A DNA stretch of 64,000 nucleotides, from the NCBI GenBank assembly GCA_964016885.1, contig OZ024740.1, positions 206,646,001 to 206,710,000 of the forward strand. The letters run 5' to 3'. Each line of letters starts with the position of its first letter. Within the stretch, counting starts at the first letter, position 1. Shown one piece after another: positions 39,950-52,400 of this stretch. The translations under genes and the position numbers were made by a program. Below the pieces are notes generated by a model. The model was not told where the DNA came from. It did no database searches and worked only from the letters and a program-made list of their open reading frames with translations. The DNA is from Eledone cirrhosa. Taxonomy: Eukaryota.

Positions 39950-40362
39950 TCACCAACACCAGCACCACCACTACTCCCTCCACCACACCACCAACACCAG
40001 CACCACCGCTAACCCCTCTACCCTTCCTACCCAGTACTAGCACCACCACTACTCCCTCCACCCCACCACCACTACTACTCCCTCTGCCACTACTCCCTCT
40101 ACCCCACCACCAGCACCACCTCTACAACCACTACCCTTTCTATCCAGCACTAGCACAACCACCACCACCACCACTTCCCCCTCCACCCCACCACCAGCAC
40201 CACCACTACCTCTTCCATCCCACCACCACTACCACACCCTCACCCCATCACCACCACCACCACCACCACCACTCCCTCCACCCCACCACTACTACTCCCT
40301 TCACCCCACCACCAGCACCACCACTACCGCCACTACCCTTCCTCACCAGCACCACCACCAAC
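39950..40362. repeat. C/A-rich degenerate (CAC)n tract leading into the 43-bp array
   Basis: Direct observation, with recurring cccttcct/cccctccacc motifs. Confidence 0.8.
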
Positions 40363-40363
40363 A

Positions 40364-42570
40364 TGGGTGCTTTTTATCATGGCCCCAGTACTACCACAGA
40401 GTGGACTGGGTGTATTTTATCATGGTCCCCAGCACTACCACAGAGTGGACTGGGTGTATTTTATCATGGCCCCAGCACTACCACAGAGTGGACTGGGTGT
40501 ATTTTATCATGGCCCCAGCACTACCACAGAGTGGACTGGGTGTATTTTATCATGGTCCCCAGCACTACCACAGAGTGGACTGGGTGTATTTTATCATGGT
40601 CCCCAGCACTACCACAGAGTGGACTGGGTGTATTTTATCATGGCCCCAGCACTACCACAGAGTGGACTGGGTGTATTTTATCATGGCCCCCAGCACTACC
40701 ACAGAGTGGACTGGGTGTATTTTATCATGGCCCCAGCACTACCACAGAGTGGACTGGGTGTATTTTATCATGGCCCCCAGCACTATCATGTTACAGAGTG
40801 GACTGGGTGTATTTTATCATGGTCCCCAGCACTACCACAGAGTGGACTGGGTGTATTTTATCATGGCCCCCAGCACTATCATGTTACAGAGTGGACTGGG
40901 TGTATTTTATCATGGTCCCCAGCACTACCACAGAGTGGACTGGGTGTATTTTATCATGGCCCCAGCACTACCACAGAGTGGACTGGGTGTATTTTATCAT
41001 GGCCCCAGCACTACCACAGAGTGGACTGGGTGTATTTTATCATGGCCCCCAGCACTATCATGTTACAGAGTGGACTGGGTGTATTTTATCATGGTCCCCA
41101 GCACTACCACAGAGTGGACTGGGTGTATTTTATCATGGCCCCCAGCACTATCATGTTACAGAGTGGACTGGGTGTATTTTATCATGGTCCCCAGCACTAC
41201 CACAGAGTGGACTGGGTGTATTTTATCATGGCCCCCAGCACTATCATGTTACAGAGTGGACTGGGTGTATTTTATCATGGTCCCCAGCACTATCATGTTA
41301 CAGAGTGGACTGGGTGTATTTTATCATGGTCCCCAGCACTATCATGTTACAGAGTGGACTGGGTGTATTTTATCATGGTCCCAGCACTATCATGTTACAG
41401 AGTGGACTGGGTGTATTTTATCATGGCCCCAGCACTACCACAGAGTGGACTGGGTGTATTTTATTATGGCCCCCAGCACTACCACAGAGTGGACTGGGTG
41501 TATTTTATTATGGCCCCCAGCACTACCACAGAGTGGACTGGGTGTATTTTATCATGGCCCCCAGCACTACCACAGAGTGGACTGGGTGTATTTTATCATG
41601 GCCCCAGCACTATCATGTTACAGAGTGGACTGGGTGTATTTTATCATGGTCCCAGCACTATCATGTTACAGAGTGGACTGGGTGTATTTTATCATGGCCC
41701 CAGCACTACCACAGAGTGGACTGGGTGTATTTTATCATGGCCCCAGCACTACCACAGAGTGGACTGGGTGTATTTTATCATGGTCCCAGCACTATCATGT
41801 TACAGAGTAGACTGGGTGTATTTTATCATGGTCCCAGCACTACCACAGAGTGGGCTGGGTGTATTTTATCATGGCCCCAGCACTACCACAGAGTGGACTG
41901 GGTGTATTTTATCATGGTCCCAGCACTATCATGTTACAGAGTAGACTGGGTGTATTTTATCATGGCCCCAGCACTACCACAGAGTGGACTGGGTGTATTT
42001 TATCATGGTCCCAGCACTACCACAGAGTGGACGGGGTGTATTTTATCATGGTCCCAGCACTACCACAGAGTAGACTGGGTGTATTTTATCATGGCCCCAG
42101 CACTACCACAGAGTGGACTGGGTGTATTTTATCATGGTCCCAGCACTACCACAGAGTGGACTGGGTGTATTTTATCATGGCCCCAGCACTACCACAGAGT
42201 GGACTGGGTGTATTTTATCATGGCCCCAGCACTACCACAGAGTGGGCTGGGTGTATTTTATCATGGCCCCAGCACTACCACAGAGTGGACTGGGTGTATT
42301 TTATCATGGTCCCAGCACTACCACAGAGTGGACTGGGTGTATTTTATCATGGCCCCAGCACTACCACAGAGTGGACTGGGTGTATTTTATCATGGCCCCA
42401 GCACTACCACAGAGTGGACTGGGTGTATTTTATCATGGCCCCCAGCACTACCACAGAGTGGACTGGGTGTATTTTATCATGGTCCCAGCACTACCACAGA
42501 GTGGACTGGGTGTATTTTATCATGGCCCCAGCACTACCACAGAGTGGACTGGGTGTATTTTATCATGGCA
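40364..42570. repeat. 43-bp minisatellite (variants of 44, 48 and 49 bp), about 50 copies (cagcactaccacagagtggactgggtgtattttatcatggccc)
   Basis: Period 43 measured (42001 vs 42044). The common unit has no stop codon in any plus frame. Confidence 0.98.
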
Positions 42571-42589
42571 CCAATACTACCCCATTACA

Positions 42590-42800
42590 ACAGTCAGTGT
42601 GTCGTCATTGTGTACAGCAAATAGAAGCATAGTGTTACAGCCCTTTACGTTCTGAGTTCGAATCCCACTGAGGTTAGCTTTGCCTTTCATCCTTACGGAA
42701 TCGATAAAATAAAGCACCAGTAATGCATTGGGGTCGATTTAACCGACATTTCCTCCTCCCAAAATTGCTGGCCTTGTGTCTAAAGTAGAAATCATTATTT
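42590..42800 (+). mobile_element. SINE family A
   Basis: B box gagttcgaatccc, family A domain and tail. Confidence 0.8.
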
Positions 42801-42821
42801 TTAATGATTTCGGCAACTCAG

Positions 42822-43822
42822 GATATGTTTAAGTCTTTCTGTTATGTCACTTGTTTGATAAACAGAACAGCCATGATGTGTTATAGTCTTACTGTTATGT
42901 CACTTGTTTGATAAACAGAACAGCCATGATATGTTATAGTCTTTCTGTTATGTCACTTGTTTGATAAACAGAACAGCCATGATATGTTTAAGTCTTTCTG
43001 TTATGTCACTTGTTTGATAAACAGAACAGCCATGATGTGTTATAGTCTTACTGTTATGTCACTTGTTTGATAAACAGAACAGCCATGATGTGTTATAGTC
43101 TTACTGTTATGTCACTTGTTTGATAAACAGAACAGCCATGATATGTTTAAGTCTTTCTGTTATGTCACTTGTTTGATAAACAGAACAGCCATGATATGTT
43201 ATAGTCTTACTGTTATGTCACTTGTTTGATAAACAGAACAGCCATGATATGTTATAGTCTTTCTGTTATGTCACTTGTTTGATAAACAGAACAGCCATGA
43301 TATGTTATAGTCTTACTGTTATGTCACTTGTTTGATAAACAGAACAGCCATGATATGTTATAGTCTTACTGTTTTGTCACTTGTTTGATAAACAGAACAG
43401 CCATGATATGTTATAGTCTTACTGTTATGTCACTTGTTTGATAAACAGAACAGCCATGATATGTTATAGTCTTTCTGTTATGTCACTTGTTTGATAAACA
43501 GAACAGCCATGATATGTTTAAGTCTTACTGTTACGTCACTTGTTTGATAAACAGCACTGCCATGATGTTATAGTCTTTCTGTTATGTCACTTGTTTGATA
43601 AACAGAACAGCCATGATATGTTATAGTCTTTCTGTTATGTCACTTGTTTGATAAACAGAACAGCCATGATGTGTTTAAGTCTTACTGTTACGTCACTTGT
43701 TTGATAAACAGAACAGCCATGATATGTTAAGGTCTTTCTGTTATGTCACTTGTTTGATAAACAGAACAGCCATGATATGTTTAAGTCTTACTGTTACGTC
43801 ACTTGTTTGATAAACAGAACAG
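42822..43822. repeat. 52/53-bp minisatellite, about 19 copies (gttatgtcacttgtttgataaacagaacagccatgatatgttatagtcttwct)
   Basis: Period 53 measured (42841 vs 42894). Internal palindrome tgtttgataaaca. Confidence 0.97.
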
Positions 43823-43829
43823 TCTGCTC

Positions 43830-44112
43830 ATGAACTTAACACCTAAGTGGCTGCACATTCCACAGACACGTGTACCCTTAAGATAATTCTCAGGGAGATT
43901 CATGTGCCGCACTGTCAAGGCTGGCTTTTTAAATGACAGCTGCAGCCGCCCATCTGACAAGTTTTGAAACTGTTTCTATCCATATAATTTCACTCTAAAG
44001 TGAGTCAACCTGGGGCTTGGTAACTGACACTTGCCCGAGATCCTACACAATAGGATCGAACCTGGGACCTAATGATGGCGAAGCAAACTCCGAAACCATT
44101 CGACCATACTGC
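43830..44112 (-). mobile_element. SINE related to family B, reverse orientation
   Basis: The reverse complement shows a tRNA-like head (ggttcgatcc B box) and gggcaagtgtc core. Similar to 12870-13035. Confidence 0.6.
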
Positions 44113-44267
44113 GTTAACTAAATTCTATTGACCTCCTCAGAGACGTACAGATTTTACCATAACTAAAATAGGGATTAAAGTGCTGTTACATAATATACAA
44201 TATTGGACTCAATCAAACTGTGTCCAAAGTTATCTCCCCTACATCCTGAAACGCTTAAACTGGTGGT

Positions 44268-44745
44268 TCTGGATGTGGGGTACATGACTTACATGGGGTC
44301 AAGTCTGGAAGTTGGGTGTATGTATGCTTTACATGGGGTGTATGCCTTACACAGGGATGATTCTGGATGTGGAGTGTATACCTTACATGGGGACAATTCT
44401 GGATGTGGGATGTATGTATGCCTTACAGGGGGTGTATGCCTTACATGGGGACAATTCTGGATGTGGAGTATATGCCTTACATGGGAACAAATCTGGATGT
44501 GGGATGTATGTATGCCTTACAGGGGGTGTATGCCTTACATGGGGACAATTCTGGATGTGGAGTATATGCCTTACATGGGAACAAATCTGGATGTGGGATG
44601 TATGTATGCCTTACAGGGGGTGTATGCCTTACATGGGGACAATTCTGGATGTGGAGTGTATGCATACATGGAGACAATTCTGGATGTGGAGTGTATGCCT
44701 TACATGGAGACAATTTTGGATGTGGAGTGTATGCCTTACATGTGG
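44268..44745. repeat. 36-bp-based minisatellite with a 94-bp higher-order unit
   Basis: Unit gccttacatggggacaattctggatgtggagtgtat. ggatgtgggatgtatgtat recurs at 44401, 44495 and 44589. Confidence 0.9.
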
Positions 44746-45400
44746 ATCCACTGTTAACTCTTTCGGCCTCCACCCGCTGTCCTGTCGCTACAGTGCCGGC
44801 CGCCTTCCACGCCATGTTGCTTTCAATTGTATATCATAAAGCATGGCTTGGATGCTGCAGGCTTCCCTTCCCAGCGTGAGTCGGCAGGGCTGAACTGAGG
44901 TGACGGCAAAAGGCTAGACAGCATGACCATCTTCCCGTTTTGCGGCGGTAAAATCCTCATCTGGGATGCCACATGCAGCTACATTTTCTCCAGCGCTAAC
45001 CTGGTGCAGTCTGCGACTAATTCAGGCTCTGCTGCACTTCGCGCCGAAGAGGGTAAACTCTCCAAATATCGACAGGTTTGCGGTCGAGCCCGCTGCAGTG
45101 GAGAGTTCTGGTGTTCTTGGCCCTAGACCACTTCCATAGACCACTTCCCTCGGCACGGAGTTGGTTATCTGCGAACTGGAATGGCTCTTCCAACGTGTCT
45201 CTCTCACCATCAGCCGGGGAAACGCCTTCTCTAATCTATCCACCGGAGCCGTGGGACGGCCAGCGCGTGGGCTCCCATTTGCTTATAACAGTAAAGATGG
45301 GGAGAACGAGAGAGACGGAGGAGGCAGTTACCAATTATTGAATAATTTGATTTTAGTCAATGTGTTCATGTCATTTGAATATTTTGGTGGGTGATTTTTC
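44733..45400 (+). mobile_element. 3' part of a CRE-clade (RLE-type) non-LTR retrotransposon, degenerate
   Basis: CCHC knuckle CLTCGSTVNSFGLHPLSC..SAGR..RH, then DGKRLDSMTIFPF..GKILIWDATC...AA..AE..K..KY, AVESSGVLGP and WLFQRVSLTISRGNA. Confidence 0.85.
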
Positions 45401-46289
45401 TAAATTTTACATTATATCATTTTAACACCAATCACATTTTGATATTGAAGGGAAAGGGTATCTTTTTTTAGGTGTCGTGGTCAGACCTGGCGCCAAAAAT
45501 AAAAAAAAAAAGATTAAGAACCATTGGTTTAAATTGAGCTAGTGTCTTTTCTTCACCACATATATATTTCTAATTAGATTTTCGATGCTATTCACGCAAA
45601 GTATGTCTTTAAATTATTAACCCTTTAGTTACCAATCCGGCCAAAACTGGCTCTGGTTCTATGAAATAAAACCACCCATTTTAAAGGTTTCCAGTTTAAA
45701 TTAAAATCATCCAACATAACTTTTTATAAGAACCTTACATTAAGTTAACTATCTTAGTAATGAAATAATTAATAATTTTAGTAAATCCCTTAAAATTCTT
45801 CATTAATTAATTAAAATAGAGGGTATTTCATTAGAAATGTGGTCATGAAACGGTAACTCCGGTTTCCTACTTCTCTCTCTATATAAACATTTGATTGCGC
45901 AAACCTTGGTTTATTTACTTGCACGCACGACAACATGTGTATAAAAGTTAGAGGGTGTGTATGGCGTAAAAGAATTTGTCAGCCTATCTAACCCTGTTAT
46001 AAAATCAACCCTCTTGATTAGAATTTGTGATAAATTACTCAAGTTATTGTTATTGCTGTCGTTTATCTAATACAAACGATGTAAATAAATGGTTATCGAT
46101 AGACGCTGTGTTAGTTCATCACCTGATCCACTCCACAGATATAATTTCAGTCAAATGATCTGCCAGGAAACGAATATGTGACCTTTGTATTTTTAGTACG
46201 AAGATAAACAACACAAACACAGAGGAAAGAAAAACAACATAACAACAACCAAACAAGAAAATATTTATTATTAGTATTATTATTAGAAC

Positions 46290-46586
46290 CTACATCACCA
46301 CCACGACCACCACGACTACCACCACGACCACCACTAGTACCATCACCACGACTACCACAACCACCACTAGCACCACCACCACCACCACCACCACCACCAC
46401 GATCATCACCACCACCACCACCACCACCACCACGACCACCACCAACACTACCACCACCACCACCACTACCACGATCACCACAACCACCACCACTACCACT
46501 ACCACTACCACCACGATCACCACCACCACCACAACCACCACTAGGACCACCACCACCACCACCACCACCACCACCACCACTAGCAC
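46290..46586. repeat. (CAC/ACC)n microsatellite
   Basis: Direct observation. Confidence 0.95.
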
Positions 46587-46587
46587 G

Positions 46588-46805
46588 AGAAAGGACCCGA
46601 AATTATAGATAATTTTAGGCCCTTAACTCTGCAGATTTCAAAATTTGGGCCAAGGTGTTAGCGACGAGGCTGGCGCTTGTCGTCGGTGGTCTGGTAGGCA
46701 ACTTCCACCTTATGCGATACATCATAGAGAGGGTGGCAAAGAAACCTGGCATGGCTAGGGCACTGCTCAACTTAGATGAATAGAAAGCATTCGATAGGGT
46801 CCACC
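46588..46805 (+). mobile_element. Tx1/L1-like reverse transcriptase fragment
   Basis: IDNFRPLTL / ADFKIWAKVLATRL / NFHLMRYIIE...ALLNLDE*KAFDRV, non-LTR RT motifs with deletions and a stop. Confidence 0.8.
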
Positions 46806-46887
46806 TAGTTGGGTCGCCCTTTTCGGCCAGTGAGCCGAGATAGCCATTCTCCCTTTATACAGGCTTCGCACTAATCTAATGCGGTAT

Positions 46888-49470
46888 TGAGTAGTAGTAG
46901 TTGTTGTAGTGGTAGTGGTTGTTGTTGTGGTGATTGTTGTGGTGGTTGTTGTTGTGGTGGTCGTTGCTGTTGTGGTAGTGGTTGTTGTGGTTGTTGTTGT
47001 TATGGTGATGGTTGTTGTGGTGGTGGTTGTTGTGGTGGTGGTTGTTGTTGTTGTTGTGGTGGTTGTTGTGGTGGTCGTTGTTGTGGTGGTCGTTGTTGTT
47101 GTGGCGGTTGTTGTTGTTGTGGTGGTGGTTGTTGTGGTTGTTGTTGTTGTGGTGGTCGTTGTTGTTGTGGTGGTGGTTGTTGTGGTTGTTGTAGTTGTGG
47201 TGATGGTTGTTGTGGTGGTGGTTGTTGTTGTTGTGGTGGTGGTTGTTGTGGTGGTCGTTGTTGTGGTGGTCGTTGTTGTTGTGGTGGTTGTTGTTGTGGT
47301 TGTTGTTGTTGTTGTGGTGGTTGTTGTTGTGGTGGTGGTTGTTGTGGTTGTTGTTGTTGTGGTGGTTGCTGTTGTGGTTGTTGTTGTGGTGGTTGCTGTT
47401 GTGATGGTTGTTGTGGTGGTGGTTGTTGTGGTTGTTGTTGTTGTAGTGGTTGCTGTTGTGGTGGTCGTTGTTGTGGTGGTTGCTGTTGTGGTGGTTGTTG
47501 TGGTGGTTGCTGTTGTGGTTGTTGTTGTTGTGGTGGTCGTTGTTGTTGTGGTGGTTGTTGTAGGGGTTGTTGTTGTTGTGGTGGTTGCTGTTGTGGTGGT
47601 GGTTGTTGTGGTGGTCGTTGTTGTTGTGGTGGTGGTTGTTGTGGTGGTCGTTGTTGTGGTGGTTGCTGTTGTTGTGGTGGTTGTTGTGGTGGTGGTGGTT
47701 GTTGTTGTGGTGGTCGTTGTTGTGGTGGTTGCTGTTGTGGTGGTCGTTGTTGTTGTGGTGGTTATTGTGGTTGTTGTGGTGGTTGCTGTTGTGGTGGTGG
47801 TTGTTGTGGTGGTGGTTGTTGTGGTGGTCGTTGTTGTTGTTGTGGTTGTTGTGGTGGTTGCTGTTGTGGTGGTGGTTGTTGTTGTGGTGGTGGTTGTTGT
47901 TGTGGTGGTCGTTGTGGTGGTGGTTGTTGTTGTGGTGGTTGTTGTGGTTGTTGTGGTGGTTGCTGTTGTGGTGGTGGTTGTTGTGGTGGTGGTTGTTGTG
48001 GTGGTCGTTGTTGTTGTGGTGGTTGTTGTTGTGGTTGTTGTTGTTGTGGTGGATGCTGTTGTGTTGGTGGTTGTTGTGGTGGTTGCTGTTGTGTTGGTGG
48101 TTGTTGTGGTGGTTACTGTTGTGGTGGTTGTTGTTGTGGTGGTGGTTGTTGTGGTGGTTGTTGTTGTAGTGGTAGTGGTTGTTGTGGTGGTGGTTGTTGT
48201 GGTGGTTGCTTTGTGGTGGTCGTTGTGGTGGTTGCTGTTGTGGTGGTCGTTGTTGTGGTGGTTGTTGTTGTAGTGGTAGTGGTTGTTGTGGTGGTAGTCG
48301 TTGTTGTGGTGGTTGTTGTTGTAGTTGTAGTGGTTGTTGTGGTTGTTGTTGTAGTGGTTGTTGTGGTGGTGGCTGTTGTAATGGTAGTGGTTGTGTTGTG
48401 GTGGGTGCTGTTGTAGTGGTTGTTGTGGTGGTTGTTGTTGTTGTAATGGTAGTGGTTGTTGTTGTGGTGGTTGCTGTGGTTGTTATTGTGGTTGTAGTGG
48501 TTGTTGTTGTAGTGGTTGTTGTAGTGGTTGTTGCGGTAGTAAATCTATGACTGTTGTTGTTGTAGTGGTGGTGGTGATTGTTATTGTAGCGATAGTTATT
48601 GTTGTGGCGGTAGTGGTTGTTGTAGTGGTGGTAGTAAATGTATGACTATTGTTATTGTTGTGGTGGTAGTGGTTGTTGTGGTGGTAGTGGTTGTTGTGGT
48701 GGTGGTAGTGGTTATTTTGGTTGTGGTTGTTGTTGTGGTGGTAGTGGTTATTTTGGTGGTGGTAGTGGTTGTTGATTGTGGTAGTAGTGGTTATTTTGGT
48801 GGTGGTAGTGGCTACTTTGGTGGTGGTAGTGGTTGTTGTGGTGGTAGTGGTTGTTGGGGTGGTGGTAGTGGTAGTGGTAGTGGTTATTTTGTTGGTAGTA
48901 AGGGTTGTTGTGCTGTTAGTGGTTGTTGTGGTGGTAGTGGTTGTTGTGGTGGTAGTGGTTGTTGTGGTGGTGGTAGTGGTAGTGGTTGTTGTTGTGGTGG
49001 TAGTGGTTATTCTGGTAGTGGTAGTGGTTGTTGTTGTGGTGGTAGTGGTTGTTGTGGTGGTGGTAGGGGTTGTTGTGGTGGTAGTGGTTGTTGTGGTGGT
49101 GGTAGTGGCTGTTGTGGTGGTAGTGGTTGTTGTGGTGGTAGTGGTTGTTGTTGTGGTGGTAGTGATTATTTTGGTGGTGGTAGTGGTTGTTGTTGTGGTG
49201 GTAGTGGTTATTTTGGTGGTGGTAGTGGTTGTTGTGGTGGTGGCAGTTGTTATTTTGGTAGTGGTAGTGGTTGTTGTGGTGGTAGTGGTTGTTGTGGTGG
49301 TGGTAGTGATTATTTTGGTAGTGGTAGTGGTTGTTGTTGTGGTGGTAGTGGTTATTTTGGTGGTGGTAGTGGTTGTTGTGGTGGTGGCAGTTGTTATTTT
49401 GGTGGTGCTAGGGGTTGTTGTGTTGGTAGTGGTTGTTGTGGTGGTGGTAGTGGCTGTTGTTGTAGTAGTG
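46888..49470. repeat. (GTT/GTG/GTA)n cryptic trinucleotide tract
   Basis: Direct observation. Confidence 0.97.
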
Positions 49471-52400
49471 GTAATGGTGTGACTGTTGTTGTTGTTGTGG
49501 TAGTGGTAATGGTGTGACTGTTGTTGTTGTTGTGGTAGTGGTAATGGTGTTGTTGTTGTTGTTGTGGTAGTGGTAATGGTGTGACTGTTGTTGTTGTGGT
49601 GGTAGTGGTAATGGTGTGACTGTTGTTGTTGTTGTGGTAGTGGTAATGGTGTGACTGTTGTTGGTGTGGTAGTAGTGGTAATGGTGTGACTGTTGTTGTT
49701 GTGGTGGTAGTGGTAATGGTGTTACTGTTGTTGTTGTGGTAGTAGTGGTAATGGTGTGACTGTTGTTGTTGTGGTAGTAGTGGTAGTGGTAATGGTGTTG
49801 TTGTTGTTGTGGTAGTGGTAATGGTGTGACTGTTGTTGTTGTGGTAGTAGTGGTAGAGGTAATGGTGTTGTTGTTGTTGTGGTAGTGGTAGTGGTGTTAC
49901 TGTTGTTGTTGTTGTGGTAGTGGTAATGGTGTGACTGTTGATGTTGTTGTGGTAGTGGTAATGGTGTGACTGTTGTAGTTGTTGTGGTAGTGGTAATGGT
50001 GTGACTGTTGTAGTTGTTGTGGTAGTGGTAGTGGTGTGACTGTTGTTGTTGTTGTGGTAGTGGTAATGGTGTGACTGTTGTAGTTGTTGTGGTGGTAGTG
50101 GTAGTGGTGTGACTGTTGTTGTTGTTGTGGTAGTGGTAGTGGTGTGACTGTTGTAGTTGTTGTGGTAGTGGTAATGGTGTGACTGTTGTTGTTGTTGTGG
50201 TAGTGGTAATGGTGTGACTGTTGTAGTTGTTGTGGTGGTAGTGGTGTGACTGTTGTTGTTGTGGTAGTGGTAATGGTGTGACTGTTGTTGTTATTGTGGT
50301 AGTGGTAGTGGTGTGACTGTTGTAGTTGTTGTGGTAGTGGTAATGGTGTGACTGTTGTTGTTGTTGTTGTGGTAGTGGTAATGGTGTGACTGTTGTTGTT
50401 GTGGTGGTAGTGGTAATGGTGTGACTGTTGTTGTTGTGGTAGTGGTAATGGTGTGACTGTTGTTGTTGTGGTGGTAGTGGTAATGGTGTGACTGTTGTAG
50501 TTGTTGTGGTGGTAGTGGTGTGACTGTTGTTGTTGTGGTAGTGGTAATGGTGTGACTGTTGTAGTTGTTGTGGTAGTGGTAATGGTGTGACTGTTGTAGT
50601 TGTTGTGGTAGTGGTAATGGTGTGACTGTTGTTGTTGTTGTTGTGGTAGTGGTAATGGTGTGACTGTTGTTGTTGTGGTGGTAGTGGTAATGGTGTGACT
50701 GTTGTTGTTGTGGTAGTGGTAATGGTGTGACTGTTGTTGTTGTGGTGGTAGTGGTAATGGTGTGACTGTTGTTGTTGTTGTGGTAGTGGTAATGGTGTGA
50801 CTGTTGTTGTTGTGGTGGTAGTGGTAATGGTGTGACTGTTGTTGTTGTTGTGGTAGTGGTAATGGTGTGACTGTTGTTGGTGTGGTAGTAGTGGTAATGG
50901 TGTGACTGTTGTTGTTGTGGTGGTAGTGGTAATGGTGTTACTGTTGTTGTTGTGGTAGTAGTGGTAATGGTGTGACTGTTGTTGTTGTGGTAGTAGTGGT
51001 AGTGGTAATGGTGTTGTTGTTGTTGTGGTAGTGGTAATGGTGTGACTGTTGTTGTTGTGGTAGTAGTGGTAGAGGTAATGGTGTTGTTGTTGTTGTGGTA
51101 GTGGTAGTGGTGTTACTGTTGTTGTTGTTGTGGTAGTGGTAATGGTGTGACTGTTGATGTTGTTGTGGTAGTGGTAATGGTGTGACTGTTGTAGTTGTTG
51201 TGGTAGTGGTAATGGTGTGACTGTTGTAGTTGTTGTGGTAGTGGTAGTGGTGTGACTGTTGTTGTTGTTGTGGTAGTGGTAATGGTGTGACTGTTGTAGT
51301 TGTTGTGGTGGTAGTGGTAGTGGTGTGACTGTTGTTGTTGTTGTGGTAGTGGTAGTGGTGTGACTGTTGTAGTTGTTGTGGTAGTGGTAATGGTGTGACT
51401 GTTGTTGTTGTTGTGGTAGTGGTAATGGTGTGACTGTTGTAGTTGTTGTGGTGGTAGTGGTGTGACTGTTGTTGTTGTGGTAGTGGTAATGGTGTGACTG
51501 TTGTTGTTATTGTGGTAGTGGTAGTGGTGTGACTGTTGTAGTTGTTGTGGTAGTGGTAATGGTGTGACTGTTGTTGTTGTTGTTGTGGTAGTGGTAATGG
51601 TGTGACTGTTGTTGTTGTGGTGGTAGTGGTAATGGTGTGACTGTTGTTGTTGTGGTAGTGGTAATGGTGTGACTGTTGTTGTTGTGGTGGTAGTGGTAAT
51701 GGTGTGACTGTTGTAGTTGTTGTGGTGGTAGTGGTGTGACTGTTGTTGTTGTGGTAGTGGTAATGGTGTGACTGTTGTAGTTGTTGTGGTAGTGGTAATG
51801 GTGTGACTGTTGTAGTTGTTGTGGTAGTGGTAATGGTGTGACTGTTGTTGTTGTTGTTGTGGTAGTGGTAATGGTGTGACTGTTGTTGTTGTGGTGGTAG
51901 TGGTAATGGTGTGACTGTTGTTGTTGTGGTAGTGGTAATGGTGTGACTGTTGTTGTTGTGGTGGTAGTGGTAATGGTGTGACTGTTGTTGTTGTTGTGGT
52001 AGTGGTAATGGTGTGACTGTTGTTGTTGTGGTGGTAGTGGTAATGGTGTGACTGTTGTTGTTGTGGTAGTGGTAATGGTGTGACTGTTGTTGTTGTTGTG
52101 GTAGTGGTAGTGGTGTGACTGTTGTAGTTGTTGTGGTGGTAGTGGTAATGGTGTGACTGTTGTTGTGGTGGTGGTAGTGGTAATGGTGTGACTGTTGTTG
52201 TTGTGGTGGTAGTGGTAATGGTGTGACTGTTGTTGTTGTTGTGGTAGTAGTGGTAATGGTGTGACTGTTGTTGTTGTTGTGGTAGTGGTAATGGTGTGAC
52301 TGTTGTAGTTGTTGTGGTGGTAGTGGTAATGGTGTGACTGTTGTTGTTGTGGTGGTAGTGGTAATGGTGTGACTGTTGTTGTTGTGGTGGTAGTGGTAAT

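Noticed and set aside
40363-42655. 753-aa and overlapping long ORFs
   Set aside because: They arise because the 43-bp unit lacks stops in all plus frames. The frame drifts with 1-bp indels and the unit is SINE-derived, so there is no coding signature.
44203-44879. Three overlapping ~175-aa ORFs
   Set aside because: Mostly minisatellite translation. Only the terminal CCHC part is a genuine retroelement coding remnant.
46887-49517. Cys/Gly-rich (keratin-associated or metallothionein-like) and poly-Val ORFs
   Set aside because: Translations of a (GTT/GTG)n tract that is open in several frames. It merges into a non-triplet minisatellite.
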